Numbered from the stretch's first letter, positions 40,301 to 50,156 are shown. The stretch is 64,000 bases of DNA from an uncultured beta proteobacterium (GCA_963816445.1 CAWFKO010000002.1:384790-448789), one strand, 5' to 3'. A program made the numbers and translations. The notes: a model not told the origin generated them from the letters alone.

Positions 40301-40649
40301 GGTCCAGTGGGTCGTAGGGGGTATCGGTTCTGAGGATGGCCAGAATGTTGTTGATTCCAGTTTCGAGCATGCAGTCTTCTGGCTTGAGATTTTGACTCGT
40401 GCAGAAATCTTTTTCGTTTTGCCCCAACGCGTCATACGGGAGCACAAGCGCTTCGTCGATTTCGTTGCCCGCAAAAGTCCCCAGCTTTTGATGCCAAGGA
40501 ATGTCCGAGTACCATTCCTGTACCACGGGGGTACCGCTTATGACGGGCCAAAAGAGAGCGCGCTTGCCGGTCTCTTGAGCCGCCGCGACAAGAACAAAGG
40601 TTCCCACCGTCAAGATAGCAATCAACCCGGCGATGGTCAGGCGTCTCAT
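37330..40649 (-). pseudogene. Very large exported protein gene with a C-terminal DUF1111-like di-heme (CxxCH x2) domain; at least four frameshifts; lower GC than flanks
   Basis: Four overlapping minus-strand ORFs (39843..40649, 38941..40011, 38397..38918, 37484..38554) and a final shifted tail read as one continuous protein. It starts with the signal anchor MRRLTIAGLIAILTVGTFVLVAAAQ. Heme motifs are NNTCDGCHVRNGSG (~38.93 kb) and KCDTCHV (~37.8 kb). The shifted tail CDFLLHDGRACDAIEAAFLHDGPAIKK...LRAFLYSL resembles the DUF1111 C-terminus. The shifts lie near 39950, 39005, 38400-38555 and the C-run 37498-37502. Confidence 0.65.
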
Positions 40650-40951
40650 GATTTTCTCCCTCTTACCCTCATCGGTCTGGGCTCATTATAGTGAACTGCC
40701 CGAGAATGTCCGGGAACTTGTGCAGGCGGCGTCATCACTAATGTACGTCGCGCAGTGCATCAATGCGGCGCCTCTGCTCGTGGACGGCACTTATGAGAAA
40801 TTTGCGATGGAAACGAATGACGCCACGAAGCAAGACCGCCGTGGGTTTATCCGGCGACCCCCGCTGGCTCGTCAATTTGGCCTGGCCAGTTTCCGATCCC
40901 GTCGCCCACGACGTGTTACCGGGTGCCAGGAATGCTCGCAAGGAGGATTCG

Positions 40952-41704
40952 ATGCCAAGACATGAGCCAGCCAACGACGCCCGCCGCAGATTGCTCGTCG
41001 CAGGGATAGCGACCGGCTTTGCCGCGGCCCTGAGGCCCTGGAACGCCTTCGCTCAGGCAACCGGTGATGCGAAGCTGCCTATCGGCGTTGTCGGCTCAGG
41101 CCACATCGGCGGAACGATCGGCGGGTTGTGGGTCAAGGCCGGCCATCCAGTGCTTTTCTCGTCGCGCCATCCGGAGGAGCTCAAGGATCTGGTCGCGGGC
41201 CTGGGCCCGCTGGCGCGCGCCGGGACGGTGGCTCAGGCGATCGACTTCGGCACAGTTATCTTCATCGCCGTGCCCTATGGGGCCCTGCCGCAGGTCGGCC
41301 AGGACAACCGCGCAGCGCTCAAGGGCAAGATCGTCGTCGACGCCGGCAACGCCAGCGCCGGGCGCGACGGTGCCGCAATCGCCGACGAGGTGGAGCACAA
41401 CGGCATCGGCATCACCTCACAGAAATATTTGCCCGGCACACGGGTGGTGCGCGCATTCAATACCCTCTCCTACATGATCTTCGCGCGTGAGGCGAACCGC
41501 CCTGATCCGAAGCTCGCCATCCCGATCGCGGGCGATGATCCCGAGGCGGTACAGGTAGTGGCGAGGCTCGTCCGTGACGCCGGCTTCGACCCGGTCGTTG
41601 TCGGCAAGCTTGCGGACGCGCGCAAGTTCCAGCGCGGCCAACCTGGCTACGGCCAATCGGTGACCGCGGCAGAGCTCAAGCAAAAGCTGTCGTTGGCACC
41701 GTGA
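40952..41704 (+). CDS. NADP oxidoreductase, coenzyme F420-dependent-type (NpdG/ProC-like Rossmann protein) with a twin-arginine signal
   Basis: AGGAGG lies 5 nt upstream of ATG 40952. The N-terminus is MPRHEPANDARRRLLVAGIATGFAAALRPWNAFAQA. This is followed by IGVVGSGHIGGTIGGLWVKAGHPVLFSSR and ...IPIAGDDPEAVQVVARLVRDAGFDPV. Confidence 0.75.
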   Translation: MPRHEPANDARRRLLVAGIATGFAAALRPWNAFAQATGDAKLPIGVVGSGHIGGTIGGLWVKAGHPVLFSSRHPEELKDLVAGLGPLARAGTVAQAIDFGTVIFIAVPYGALPQVGQDNRAALKGKIVVDAGNASAGRDGAAIADEVEHNGIGITSQKYLPGTRVVRAFNTLSYMIFAREANRPDPKLAIPIAGDDPEAVQVVARLVRDAGFDPVVVGKLADARKFQRGQPGYGQSVTAAELKQKLSLAP

Positions 41705-42987
41705 CGTCGGCCCGGCGCTGGCTGGAGCGCGCGGTGCCGGCAACGCATGAGGAGCGCGCGGCGGCGCTGTGGTCGTTCGCGTATTTTTTCACGCTTCTCG
41801 CGGGCTATTACGTGCTGCGGCCGTTGCGCGACCAGATGGGCATCGCGGGCGGTGTCAAGAACCTGCCGTGGCTGTTCACCGCGACCTTCGTGACGCTTAT
41901 CGTCGCGCAGCCGCTCTATGGCGCGCTGGTGGCGCGGCTCCCGCGCGCCCGGTTCATTCCCGTTGTCTACCATTTCTTCGCCGCCAATCTCGTGCTGTTC
42001 TGGCTGCTGCTCACGTTCGACATTGCGTCGGTCTTCGTGGCACGCGTCTTCTTCGTCTGGGTCAGTGTCTTCAACCTGTTTGTCGTCGCGGTGTTCTGGT
42101 CGGTCATGGCCGACCTCTTTACCAGCGAACAAGGCAAGCGCCTGTTCGGCTTCATCGGCGCCGGCGGCACGGCTGGCGCGCTGCTCGGACCGGTCATCAC
42201 CATCGGCCTTTCGGTGCCGCTCGGTCCCACCAACCTTCTGATCGCTGCCATCGTGTTTCTCGAACTGGCGGTCTACTGCAGTCACCGGCTCGAGCTCACG
42301 AGCAGTGCGCAGCAAGACGCGTTCGGCCAGAAGCAGCGTCTCGGCGGCAGTGCCTTCGCCGCGTTGCCGGAGTTGCTCCGCTCGCCTTACCTGCTCGGCG
42401 TCGGGCTGTGGGTCAGCCTGCTGTCCTTCGGCGCGACCATCCTCTATTTCGCGCAGGCGAACATCGTGTCCGCAACGGTCCACGGCGCAGGCGAACAAAC
42501 GCGCATCTTCGCCAGCATCGACCTCGCGGTCGGACTCCTGACCCTGGCGACGCAAGTCTTTGCCACCGGGCGACTGCTCAAGCGCTTCGGCACGGGTGCG
42601 ACTGCCGGCGCGCTGCCCGCGGTGTACGTCGCGGGCTTCGCCGCGCTGGCGTTTTCGCCGACTCTCATGGTCGTGATCGTGGTCCAGGTAGCGCAACGCT
42701 GGATGAACTTCGCGATCGCCAATCCGGCGCGCCAGGTGTTCTTCACCGTTGTCGAGCGCGAGGAGAAGTACAAGGCGAAGAACCTGATCGATGTCGTAAT
42801 CTATCGAGGCTCCGACGCGCTGTATGGCTGGGTGTTCGACAGCTTGCAGGCGCTGGGCTTGAAGCTCGGTGCAATTGCGCTGTGCGCGCTTCCGGTGGTC
42901 GCCGGTTGGGCGGTGCTGTCGGCGGTGCTGGGACGGACCCAGGAACGCCGCGCCGCCCGGGCCGGCGCGGCGGTGCAAGGAGACTGA
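41701..42987 (+). CDS. MFS-type transporter of the TLC (ATP/ADP-translocase-like) family
   Basis: It has 11-12 hydrophobic segments. The N-terminus AALWSFAYFFTLLAGYYVLRPLRDQMG is characteristic of Npt/TLC-like carriers. The GTG start overlaps the upstream stop (GTGA). Confidence 0.65.
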   Translation: MTSARRWLERAVPATHEERAAALWSFAYFFTLLAGYYVLRPLRDQMGIAGGVKNLPWLFTATFVTLIVAQPLYGALVARLPRARFIPVVYHFFAANLVLFWLLLTFDIASVFVARVFFVWVSVFNLFVVAVFWSVMADLFTSEQGKRLFGFIGAGGTAGALLGPVITIGLSVPLGPTNLLIAAIVFLELAVYCSHRLELTSSAQQDAFGQKQRLGGSAFAALPELLRSPYLLGVGLWVSLLSFGATILYFAQANIVSATVHGAGEQTRIFASIDLAVGLLTLATQVFATGRLLKRFGTGATAGALPAVYVAGFAALAFSPTLMVVIVVQVAQRWMNFAIANPARQVFFTVVEREEKYKAKNLIDVVIYRGSDALYGWVFDSLQALGLKLGAIALCALPVVAGWAVLSAVLGRTQERRAARAGAAVQGD

Positions 42988-42996
42988 CGATGACCG
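42913..42996 (+). repeat. 84-bp direct repeat, copy 1 (3' end of the transporter gene plus the junction ...GGAGACTGACGATGACCGG)
   Basis: It aligns without gaps to 52020-52103, with 6 mismatches by my count. Confidence 0.85.
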
Positions 42997-43078
42997 GTTT
43001 CTGCACGAGAATGGCGATCGATCAGGCTCCCTCGAGAGTCAATTCGCGCGTTGTCTTCGACTGCTCCGTTTGGCGCAC

Positions 43079-44605
43079 TCACGCGACGAAGCCGTCCGCG
43101 AGCTTCATGCGCTGTACTTTGCCTGAAGGCCCCTTCGGAAGGTCGGTCACGAAGCGCAAGTAGCGTGGCGTTTTGTAGCGCCCGAGTTCGCGCAGGCAGT
43201 GCGCGGAGAGGTCTGCAGCGGACAGGGCGGCATCCGGCTTCACGACGACGAACGCCGCGATCTCCTGTCCATAGGCGCGATCGGGTACGCCTACTGCGAC
43301 GGCTTCGAGCACCGCCGGATGCCGCAGCAGCACTTCGTCGATCTCGCGCGGCGCGATGTTTTCGCCACCCTTGATAATGAGTTCCTTGGTGCGGCCCGTG
43401 ATGAAATAAAAACCTTCGGTATCGCAGTACCCGAGGTCGCCGGTCGCCAGCCACCCGTCGCTGGAAAGCGTCTGCGCGGTGAGTTGCGGTGCCTGGAAAT
43501 ATTCGCGCATCACGCTGGGTCCCTTGAGTTCGATCTGCCCAGGCTCACCGGCCCCGAGCACCCGTCCATCGCGAGACACTACGCGCGCAGAGACGCCAAG
43601 CGGACGGCCCGGGCTGCCCAGCTTGCGCGCCGAGACCTCCATCGGATTGCAGAACGCGACCGATGCGCATTCGGTCAGGCCCATTGCTTCGACGATCGCA
43701 ATGCCGAAGCGGGTTTCGAACGCACGTTGCTGGTCGGGCGGCAACGGCGCCGACGCGGAGCGCGCGTAGCGGACGCGCGCGATGGCGTCACGTTGTCCCT
43801 GGGTGGGGTCGGGGGCGTTCAACAGATAAGCGACGATGGTCGGCACCAGGTTGAGCCACGTCGGACGATAGCGTTCGACCAAGGGCCACCAGTGCGAAGT
43901 GCTGAACCGGTGCGGCAGGATCATGCTGCCGCCGGCAAGCAACGTGCTTATCGTGGCAATGCACTGACCGTTGATGTGATAGAGCGGCAGCGAAGACAGC
44001 ACACGATCGGCGGAGTCGAGTCGCTGATGCTCCGCGACAACCGCGCCGGCGTACAGCATGTTCGCGTGCGTAAGCAGCACACCCTTTGGGACCCCCGTCG
44101 TGCCGGAGGTGTACATCAGCATCGCATGGTGATCGGCTGACACTTGGGCACGGTGCCGCACCGTGGCAGCCTTGAGGCCGAGCCCATCGATGCCGACCTC
44201 GACGATGCGCGCTGCCGCGCCCGTCCGCGCACATGCGGCTTCGAGGCGGCGCGCGTAATCGGCAGCGGCGAAAACCACCCGCGGCCGTGCATGGCGAAGC
44301 ACGTAATCGAGTTGCGTATCCTGCGCGAGCAGATTGAACGGCGCGACGACATAGCCGCTTGCCATGGCGCCCAGCAATGCGGTCAGCGCCGAGAGCCCAT
44401 TGGGCAGCATGAAGCCAACGACGTCTCCGTGCTGGACGCCCATCTGCTCCATCGCGGCGGCGAACGCATCGCAGCAGGTGGCGAGTCCCTGCCATGTGAG
44501 CACCGCATCCGGCTCCGGCGCCAGCACGAACGGCGCATCGGGCATCCGGCCGGCGTTGGCTTCGACGACGTCTCGGAAAGTCGCGAAGCGGCGTGGAGAC
44601 ATCAT
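43079..44605 (-). CDS. AMP-dependent acyl-CoA synthetase/ligase (candidate sulfoacetate-CoA ligase, SauT-like)
   Basis: The AMP-binding signature is MLMYTSGTTGVPKGV. TGDLGY and the C-terminal GKVQR Lys motif are also present. The ATG at 44605 overlaps the upstream stop (ATGA). The SauT assignment is inferred from context only. Confidence 0.8.
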   Translation of the reverse strand: MMSPRRFATFRDVVEANAGRMPDAPFVLAPEPDAVLTWQGLATCCDAFAAAMEQMGVQHGDVVGFMLPNGLSALTALLGAMASGYVVAPFNLLAQDTQLDYVLRHARPRVVFAAADYARRLEAACARTGAAARIVEVGIDGLGLKAATVRHRAQVSADHHAMLMYTSGTTGVPKGVLLTHANMLYAGAVVAEHQRLDSADRVLSSLPLYHINGQCIATISTLLAGGSMILPHRFSTSHWWPLVERYRPTWLNLVPTIVAYLLNAPDPTQGQRDAIARVRYARSASAPLPPDQQRAFETRFGIAIVEAMGLTECASVAFCNPMEVSARKLGSPGRPLGVSARVVSRDGRVLGAGEPGQIELKGPSVMREYFQAPQLTAQTLSSDGWLATGDLGYCDTEGFYFITGRTKELIIKGGENIAPREIDEVLLRHPAVLEAVAVGVPDRAYGQEIAAFVVVKPDAALSAADLSAHCLRELGRYKTPRYLRFVTDLPKGPSGKVQRMKLADGFVA

Positions 44606-46041
44606 GCGCCGCGCTTCGCGCGGTAGTCTCCGAACAACTCTTCCACCGACGGTTCGCGCACGTCGGCTATCGGCAACGGATGCACCACGCGCGTGATGTT
44701 GAGGAAATGCCGATAGTTGAGGTTGTCGGAAAAGCCGTTGCCTCCCCACGTTCCGCATCCCATCGACAGCGAAAACGGCAGCGCATTGTCGTAGCTGCCG
44801 CCGGTCGCGAAGCAATGCGCCTGGTTGACGATCACGCGGCTCACCGGAAGAGTCAACCCGAGTCGTGTCGCGCGGTCGGCTAGCCTGGTGTGCAACCCCA
44901 CGGAGTGTCCTGCCCCCTGATAACTCAGCAGCCGATCGGCCAGCACGCTGGCTGCGTCGAAGTCGACCGCGCGGTACAACGCCAGCACCGGCGAGAGCTT
45001 TTCTCCGGAGAACGGATGCCTGCTCCCGACGCCCGTCTCCGTCACGATCAGGAAGCGCGCGCGCGCCACGTCGGGGCGCACCAATCCCGCGTACGCCGCG
45101 ATCGCCTCGACGGATTGCGCCACGACTTCCGCAGCCAGGCCCTGCGGCGTGAACATCGCCTCCTGCAGCCGCTGTGTCTCCTCGGCATCGAGCAGCAGCC
45201 CACCTTCCCGCTCGAGAGCGGCGACGAGATCGTCTGCGATCGCGCCGATCGCGATGACGCTGTTCTCGGACGAGCAGCTCGTCGCGTTGTCGAAAACCTT
45301 CGACTCCGCGATCTTCCGTGCTGCGTCAGAAATGTCGGCACTTTCATCGACGATCACCGCTACATTGCCGACACCGACACCGAGCGCCGGTGTGCCGCTC
45401 TGGTATGCGGCCCGTACGTTGTTCTGCGACCCGGTGGCGACCACGAGGTCGGCCTGACGCATCAATTCATGCGTGTGTTCGCGCGTCGACCGCGGCGGCA
45501 ACGCGAGTACGAGATCGCGTGGCGCCTCGATGCGATCGAGCTCTACGTGCACGAACTTCAGCAACAGCTCCAGCGTCGATGCCCCCTTGGGCGACGGCGC
45601 CAGCACGATCGCGTTGCGGCACTTCAGCGCATTGACGATGTTGTTGGCAGGGGTGGCGCCAGGATTGGTCGACGGCGTGATGGCGGCGACGACGCCGACC
45701 GGCCGCGCAATCTCGAACAGTCCTCGGGCGCTATCCTCAGCGATCACTCCGACTGTCTTCGCGCCGGCTAGGTCGCGCAGCAGGCCCATCGTCTTGCGCC
45801 GATTCTTGGCGATCTTGTCGTCGACGTTGCCCAGACCCGTATCGCGCACGGCGCATTCGGCCAGCGCGCGGTTGCGCGCCGGCTCGACGATGGCCCACGC
45901 TGCGGCAGTCGCGAGTTCGTCGACGCGCGCCTGATCCCAGCCATCGACGGTCCGTTGCGCCGCGCGGGCGCGCGCCACCAGCGCGGCGACTTCGTCGCGC
46001 ACCTCGGCGGATGTCGTCGCCGGCGCTGCCTTTGCGTTCAT
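44602..46041 (-). CDS. Acylating (CoA-dependent) aldehyde dehydrogenase, EutE/PduP-like (candidate sulfoacetaldehyde dehydrogenase, SauS-like)
   Basis: This is an ALDH fold with ITPSTNPGATP. The catalytic Cys is in FDNATSCSSENSVI and the C-terminal region includes GCGTWGGN. These features are typical of acylating enzymes. The SauS assignment is inferred from context only. Confidence 0.8.
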   Translation of the reverse strand: MNAKAAPATTSAEVRDEVAALVARARAAQRTVDGWDQARVDELATAAAWAIVEPARNRALAECAVRDTGLGNVDDKIAKNRRKTMGLLRDLAGAKTVGVIAEDSARGLFEIARPVGVVAAITPSTNPGATPANNIVNALKCRNAIVLAPSPKGASTLELLLKFVHVELDRIEAPRDLVLALPPRSTREHTHELMRQADLVVATGSQNNVRAAYQSGTPALGVGVGNVAVIVDESADISDAARKIAESKVFDNATSCSSENSVIAIGAIADDLVAALEREGGLLLDAEETQRLQEAMFTPQGLAAEVVAQSVEAIAAYAGLVRPDVARARFLIVTETGVGSRHPFSGEKLSPVLALYRAVDFDAASVLADRLLSYQGAGHSVGLHTRLADRATRLGLTLPVSRVIVNQAHCFATGGSYDNALPFSLSMGCGTWGGNGFSDNLNYRHFLNITRVVHPLPIADVREPSVEELFGDYRAKRGA

Positions 46042-46048
46042 CGCGGCA

Positions 46049-47035
46049 TCATCCCTCGGGCGTTATCTTCGCCTCGCGGATCACGTACTCCCACTTTTTG
46101 AGTTCCTCGCGCACCAGTTCCTCGAACTCGGCGGGTGAATCCCATGCAGCTTCGGCGCCCTGGGCCAGCAGCTTTTCCTTGAGTTCCGGAGTCTGCAGCA
46201 CCGATACCATCGCCGCGTTCAATTTTGCCACGATCGCCGGCGGTGTTTTCGCCGGCACGAACGCGCCATACCAGGAGTTGACGACGCAATCGGGCACACC
46301 CTGTTCGAGAATCGTCGGGACTTCCGGCGCCGCGACGCTGCGCTTGTCACTGGTCACGCCCAGAGCCTTGAGCTTGCCGGCCTTCACGTACTGCCACGCC
46401 GCGGGCAGCGAGACGAACAGCAACTGCACCTGTCCTCCGAGGGTGTCGGCAACCGCAGGGCCGCCGCCCTTGTACGGAACGTGGACCATGTTCACCCCGG
46501 TACGCAGCTTGAACAGTTCGCCCGCGATGTGCCCGGGCGAACCGATGCCGACCGATGCGAAATTTAGTTTGCCGGGATTCGCCTTGGCGTACGCGATGAG
46601 TTCCTGCACGTTGTTGACCGGCAGCGACGGGTTCGCCACGAGAATCTGCGGGATCATCGCGGCCAGGCTGACCGCTGCGAAATCGCGCTCGACGTCGAAC
46701 GGCAGCTTGGGGTACAGCTTGGGGTTGATGGTGTGCGAGGACAGCGTGAACAGGATCGTGTAGCCGTCGGGCGGCGCTTTCGCCGCAAGATCGGTGCCCA
46801 CGTTGCCCGCGGCGCCGCCCCTGTTGTCGACGACGATGGTCGCCCCAAGGGCGGGGCCCAGCTTCTCGTTGAGAACACGCGCGACGATGTCGGTCCCGCC
46901 GGCGGGAGGGTACGGAACGATCATGCGGATCGGCCTGCTCGGCCAATCCTGCGCGAACAAGCCGCTGGCGCAGACGATCCCCGCGAATGCGAACGCTGCC
47001 CGGGACGCCCACTCGTTCCGACGTTTCATCGACAT
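46049..47035 (-). CDS. Bug family (TctC-like) tripartite tricarboxylate transporter substrate-binding protein
   Basis: WPSRPIRMIVPYPPAGGTDIVARVL...VVDNRGGAAGNVG is the Bug signature. The start at 47035 has GGAGG 4 nt upstream. Confidence 0.88.
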   Translation of the reverse strand: MSMKRRNEWASRAAFAFAGIVCASGLFAQDWPSRPIRMIVPYPPAGGTDIVARVLNEKLGPALGATIVVDNRGGAAGNVGTDLAAKAPPDGYTILFTLSSHTINPKLYPKLPFDVERDFAAVSLAAMIPQILVANPSLPVNNVQELIAYAKANPGKLNFASVGIGSPGHIAGELFKLRTGVNMVHVPYKGGGPAVADTLGGQVQLLFVSLPAAWQYVKAGKLKALGVTSDKRSVAAPEVPTILEQGVPDCVVNSWYGAFVPAKTPPAIVAKLNAAMVSVLQTPELKEKLLAQGAEAAWDSPAEFEELVREELKKWEYVIREAKITPEG

Positions 47036-47091
47036 GAGTCCTCCGGATTGTCGTACCTGATGGAACGCAAGTATGCATCGTTTGGGCATTC

Positions 47092-47894
47092 CTAACCTTT
47101 ACCTTTCCACGGCACGATCACCCTCTCGATGTAGCGCATTAGCAAGTCGAATACGTAAGCAAAGACGCCGATGACGACGATGCCCATGATCACGACGTCG
47201 GTGCGTAGGAAGTTCGATGCGTTCAAGCACCATCTGCCCCAGACCCGCGGTCGCGGCAATCATTTCGGCGGCCACCAGTGTCGTCCAGCCGAAGCCGATG
47301 GCGATGCGCATTCCGGTCAGTATTTCGGGCATCGCCGCAGGAATGATGACGTGCCAGATGACCTGCCATTTGGACGCGCCCATCGAGTACGCGGCGTTGA
47401 TCTGCTCGATCGACACGCTGCGAACACCCGCGCGCGCGGCCATCGCCAGCGGCGCGAAGCAGGCGAGATAGATCAGCACGACCTTCGCCGTTTCGTCGAT
47501 GCCGAACCAGATCACGATCAGCGGCAGATACGCGAGCGGCGGCAACGGCCGATAGAACTCGATCGGCGGATCGAAGATGCCGCGGGCGATCCGCGACACA
47601 CCCATCGCGATGCCGGCGGGAACCGCGGTCACGCATGCGAGCGCGAATGCGGCGAAGACGCGGAACAGACTCCACTACAGGTGCTCGGAAAGCGGCTTGC
47701 CGCCCTGGATGTCGCCGCTCCACGCCTGCCCGAAACTGGTCAGCACCTTTTCCGGCGTCGGCAGGAACAGGTCCTTGATCCAGCCGAAATGGGTGGCCAC
47801 CCACCAGAGGACGAAAAACGCGATCACGGTGACGACGCTGATGAGCTGTGCTCGAGCCTTCGCCGGGTACGCTGTAGCCCTTGACCGTGCGCAC
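47092..47894 (-). pseudogene. tauC: Taurine-type (NitT/TauT family) ABC permease with an in-frame stop and two frameshifts
   Basis: The core YRPLPPLAYLPLIVIWFGIDETAKVVLIYLACFAPL...GWTTLVAAEMIAAT is TauC-like. In ...GGKPLSEHL*WSLFRVFAAF the stop is TAG (plus-strand CTA at 47675-47677). The only start (GTG 47894) is in another frame, with a shift near 47845-47855. The C-terminal NASNFLRTDVVIMGIVVIGVFAYVFDLLMRYIERVIVPWKGKG is also in another frame, with a shift near 47225-47240. Confidence 0.8.
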
Positions 47895-47959
47895 CGTCAG
47901 CGCAGGGGTCGCGCCGGATTCCGGCGGCGGGGTGTCCGGAACCCGCCGCGGAATCCGCG

Positions 47960-48768
47960 ATCCCGGCTTTCACGCGGCCTCCTGCGCGCGCTGCGGCGAC
48001 GCAAGGATGACCCGCAGGATATCCTCGCGCAGCGCGATGAACTCCGGGTCGGCCTTCACGCGCCGGGCATCCTTGCATTCGATGAAGCGCTTGCCGAAAT
48101 CGACGTCGGTAGCGATGCGCGATGCGCCCGGGAGAGGGCGTCATCACGATGAGCTCGGTGGCGAGGAAGAGCGCTTCCTCGACGCTGTGCGTGATGAAGA
48201 AGAACATCTTCTTCGTGCGCCACCACAGTTCGAGGATCAGCTCCTGGATCTGCTCGCGCGTCAGCGCATCGAGTGCGCCCAGCGGCTCGTCCATCAGCAT
48301 TACTTCGGGGTCGCTCGCCAGCGCGCGCGCGAGTCCGACGCGCTGCTGCATGCCGCCGGAGATCTGGTAGACCGGTGACTGCGCGAATTTCTCGAGCCCG
48401 ACGAGTCGCAGCTTCTCGAGCGCGATCGCGCGTCGCTCGGCCTTCGGCATGCCGCGCATGCGCAGGCCGAACTCGACGTTGTCGACAACGTTGAGCCACG
48501 GCATCAGCGCGTGCTTCTGGAACACGACGCCGCGGTCCGCGCCCGGGCCGACGACGGACTTGCCGTCGAGAATGATGTCGCCGGCGGAGGGTTCCATGAA
48601 CCCGGCGATGCACGACAGCAACGTCGTCTTGCCGCAACCCGACGCGCCAAGCGCGACGACGAAGTCGCCGGGATCGAGCGCGAGATTGACATTGGAAAGC
48701 GCGAGTGTCGAGCCGCTGCCGGAGCCCGCGTAGTTGACGCTCAGATTGCGGATTTCGAGTTTGCTCAC
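47960..48768 (-). pseudogene. tauB: Taurine-type ABC transporter ATP-binding protein, frameshifted near the 3' end
   Basis: Walker A (GASGCGKTT), the signature ([15 protein letters not shown]) and Walker B ([11 protein letters not shown]) are intact. After ...TPSPGRIA the homologous tail ([38 protein letters not shown]...) continues in another frame. The shift lies near 48115-48125. Confidence 0.8.
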
Positions 48769-48816
48769 GCGAAGGCGGGCGACTCAGCGTAGTTGTGCGA
48801 TAGCTGCAGGGACGAT

Positions 48817-48938
48817 TGCATCCCCGCCTGCGCGGGGATAACGCCTGGGTCGTCGCCCCGGCGCAGGCCGGGGCCCAATTTTCTGCAACCTCATCGCAGA
48901 TACCGTAACTTGGATCCCGGCCTTCGCCGGGATGACGC
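48817..48938. repeat. REP/BIME-like cluster B: three palindromic units in alternating orientation
   Basis: The units are TTGCATCCCCGCCTGCGCGGGGATAACGC (48817-48845), GTCGCCCCGGCGCAGGCCGGGGCCCAA (48852-48878) and CTTGGATCCCGGCCTTCGCCGGGATGACGC (48909-48938). The cluster lies between the tauA and tauB relics. Confidence 0.85.
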
Positions 48939-48982
48939 ATCCGTTGTCGCGACGCTTCGCGGCTTGCTCTTGGACGGATGCG

Positions 48983-49998
48983 TCACTTCGCGGCTTCTGC
49001 CGCGTAGGTCGGATTGACCGCGACCGAATAGTCCGGCAGCGTCTTCTCGATCTGCTTCTGCGACAGCTGGAAGTCGGCGGTCGCCGCGAGCGCCTTGGCC
49101 GCCGTGCTGTTCTTGCCGCCGCCGAGCCACTTGGTCGCCTGCTCCTGCGCCGTCGGGAACTTGTACAGCGCCATTCCAGCCGGAACATCCTCGGGCTTGG
49201 CGCCCGACCACTTCGCAACCGCCTTGACCTCGGGCGAATCGGCCGTCCACTTGGCAGTGTTCTTGCGGTACTTCGTCGTCGGAATCGGCGAGCATCTTGG
49301 TGAACTTCACCATGAAGTCCTGGTTCGCCTTCGCCCAGTCCTTGTTGGCGATGTAGCCGTCGAACGTCGCCTTGCCGGTGTCGGCCGAGATCTTGCCCGA
49401 CGTGATGATCACCTTGCCGTCCTTCTTCACTTCGGCCAGCACCGGGTCCCAGATGAACGTCGCCTGGATGTCGCCGCGCTGCCAGGCGGCGCGCACTTCG
49501 GGCGGCCGCATGTTGAGGATCTGCACGTCGGCCGGATTCACCTTCGCCTGCTCGAGCGCCACCATCGTGTGGAAGTGCGTCGTCGAGTTGAACGGCATCG
49601 GCGATCTTCTTGCCCTTGAGGTCGGCCACTGTGTTGATGCCGGAGCCGTTCTTCGCGACCAGCGCTTCCGCGTCGCCGATGTCGTCGAGGATCCAGAAGA
49701 GCTCGTACGGCTCGCCGCGCGACACCGCGGCCGCGACGCCGGCCGAGCCGACTTCGCCGATCTGCACCGCGCCCGACGCCATCGCCTTGATCACCTCGCC
49801 GCCGCCGCCGAACTGCTTCCAGTTGATCTTGTAGCCGGTCGCCTTTTCGATCTCCTTGGCTTCCTGCGCGACGCGATACGGGACGACCATGTCCTGGTAG
49901 CCGATGGTCACTTCCTTCGTTTGCGCCATCGAGGGCGCGGACACCAGGGCGGTGAGCGCCAGCGCGAGTCCGATTCCGATCCATAGCTTCTTGGTCAT
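48983..49998 (-). pseudogene. tauA: Taurine ABC transporter substrate-binding protein, two frameshifts
   Basis: The protein is TauA-like throughout (VTIGYQ..., INWKQFGGGGEVIKAMASGAVQIGEVGS, KGKKIA|MPFNSTTHFH, ILNMRPPEVRAAWQRGDIQATFIWDPV, ...GMALYKFPTAQEQ) but is spread over three frames. The shifts lie near 49595-49605 and 49265-49275. Confidence 0.8.
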
Positions 49999-50156
49999 GC
50001 ATGCCTCCAGCAGGTTGATGGATAAGTGTGGTCAAATATTACCTCTTTGCAGCCCCGCTTGCGCCGCGGGCTTCAGGTCGCCTCTGGGCCAGGAGCCACA
50101 ATCAGGCCTAAGATCGGCAAAAGCACGGGCGGCCGCCTCAACCTCGAGAGATTCTC

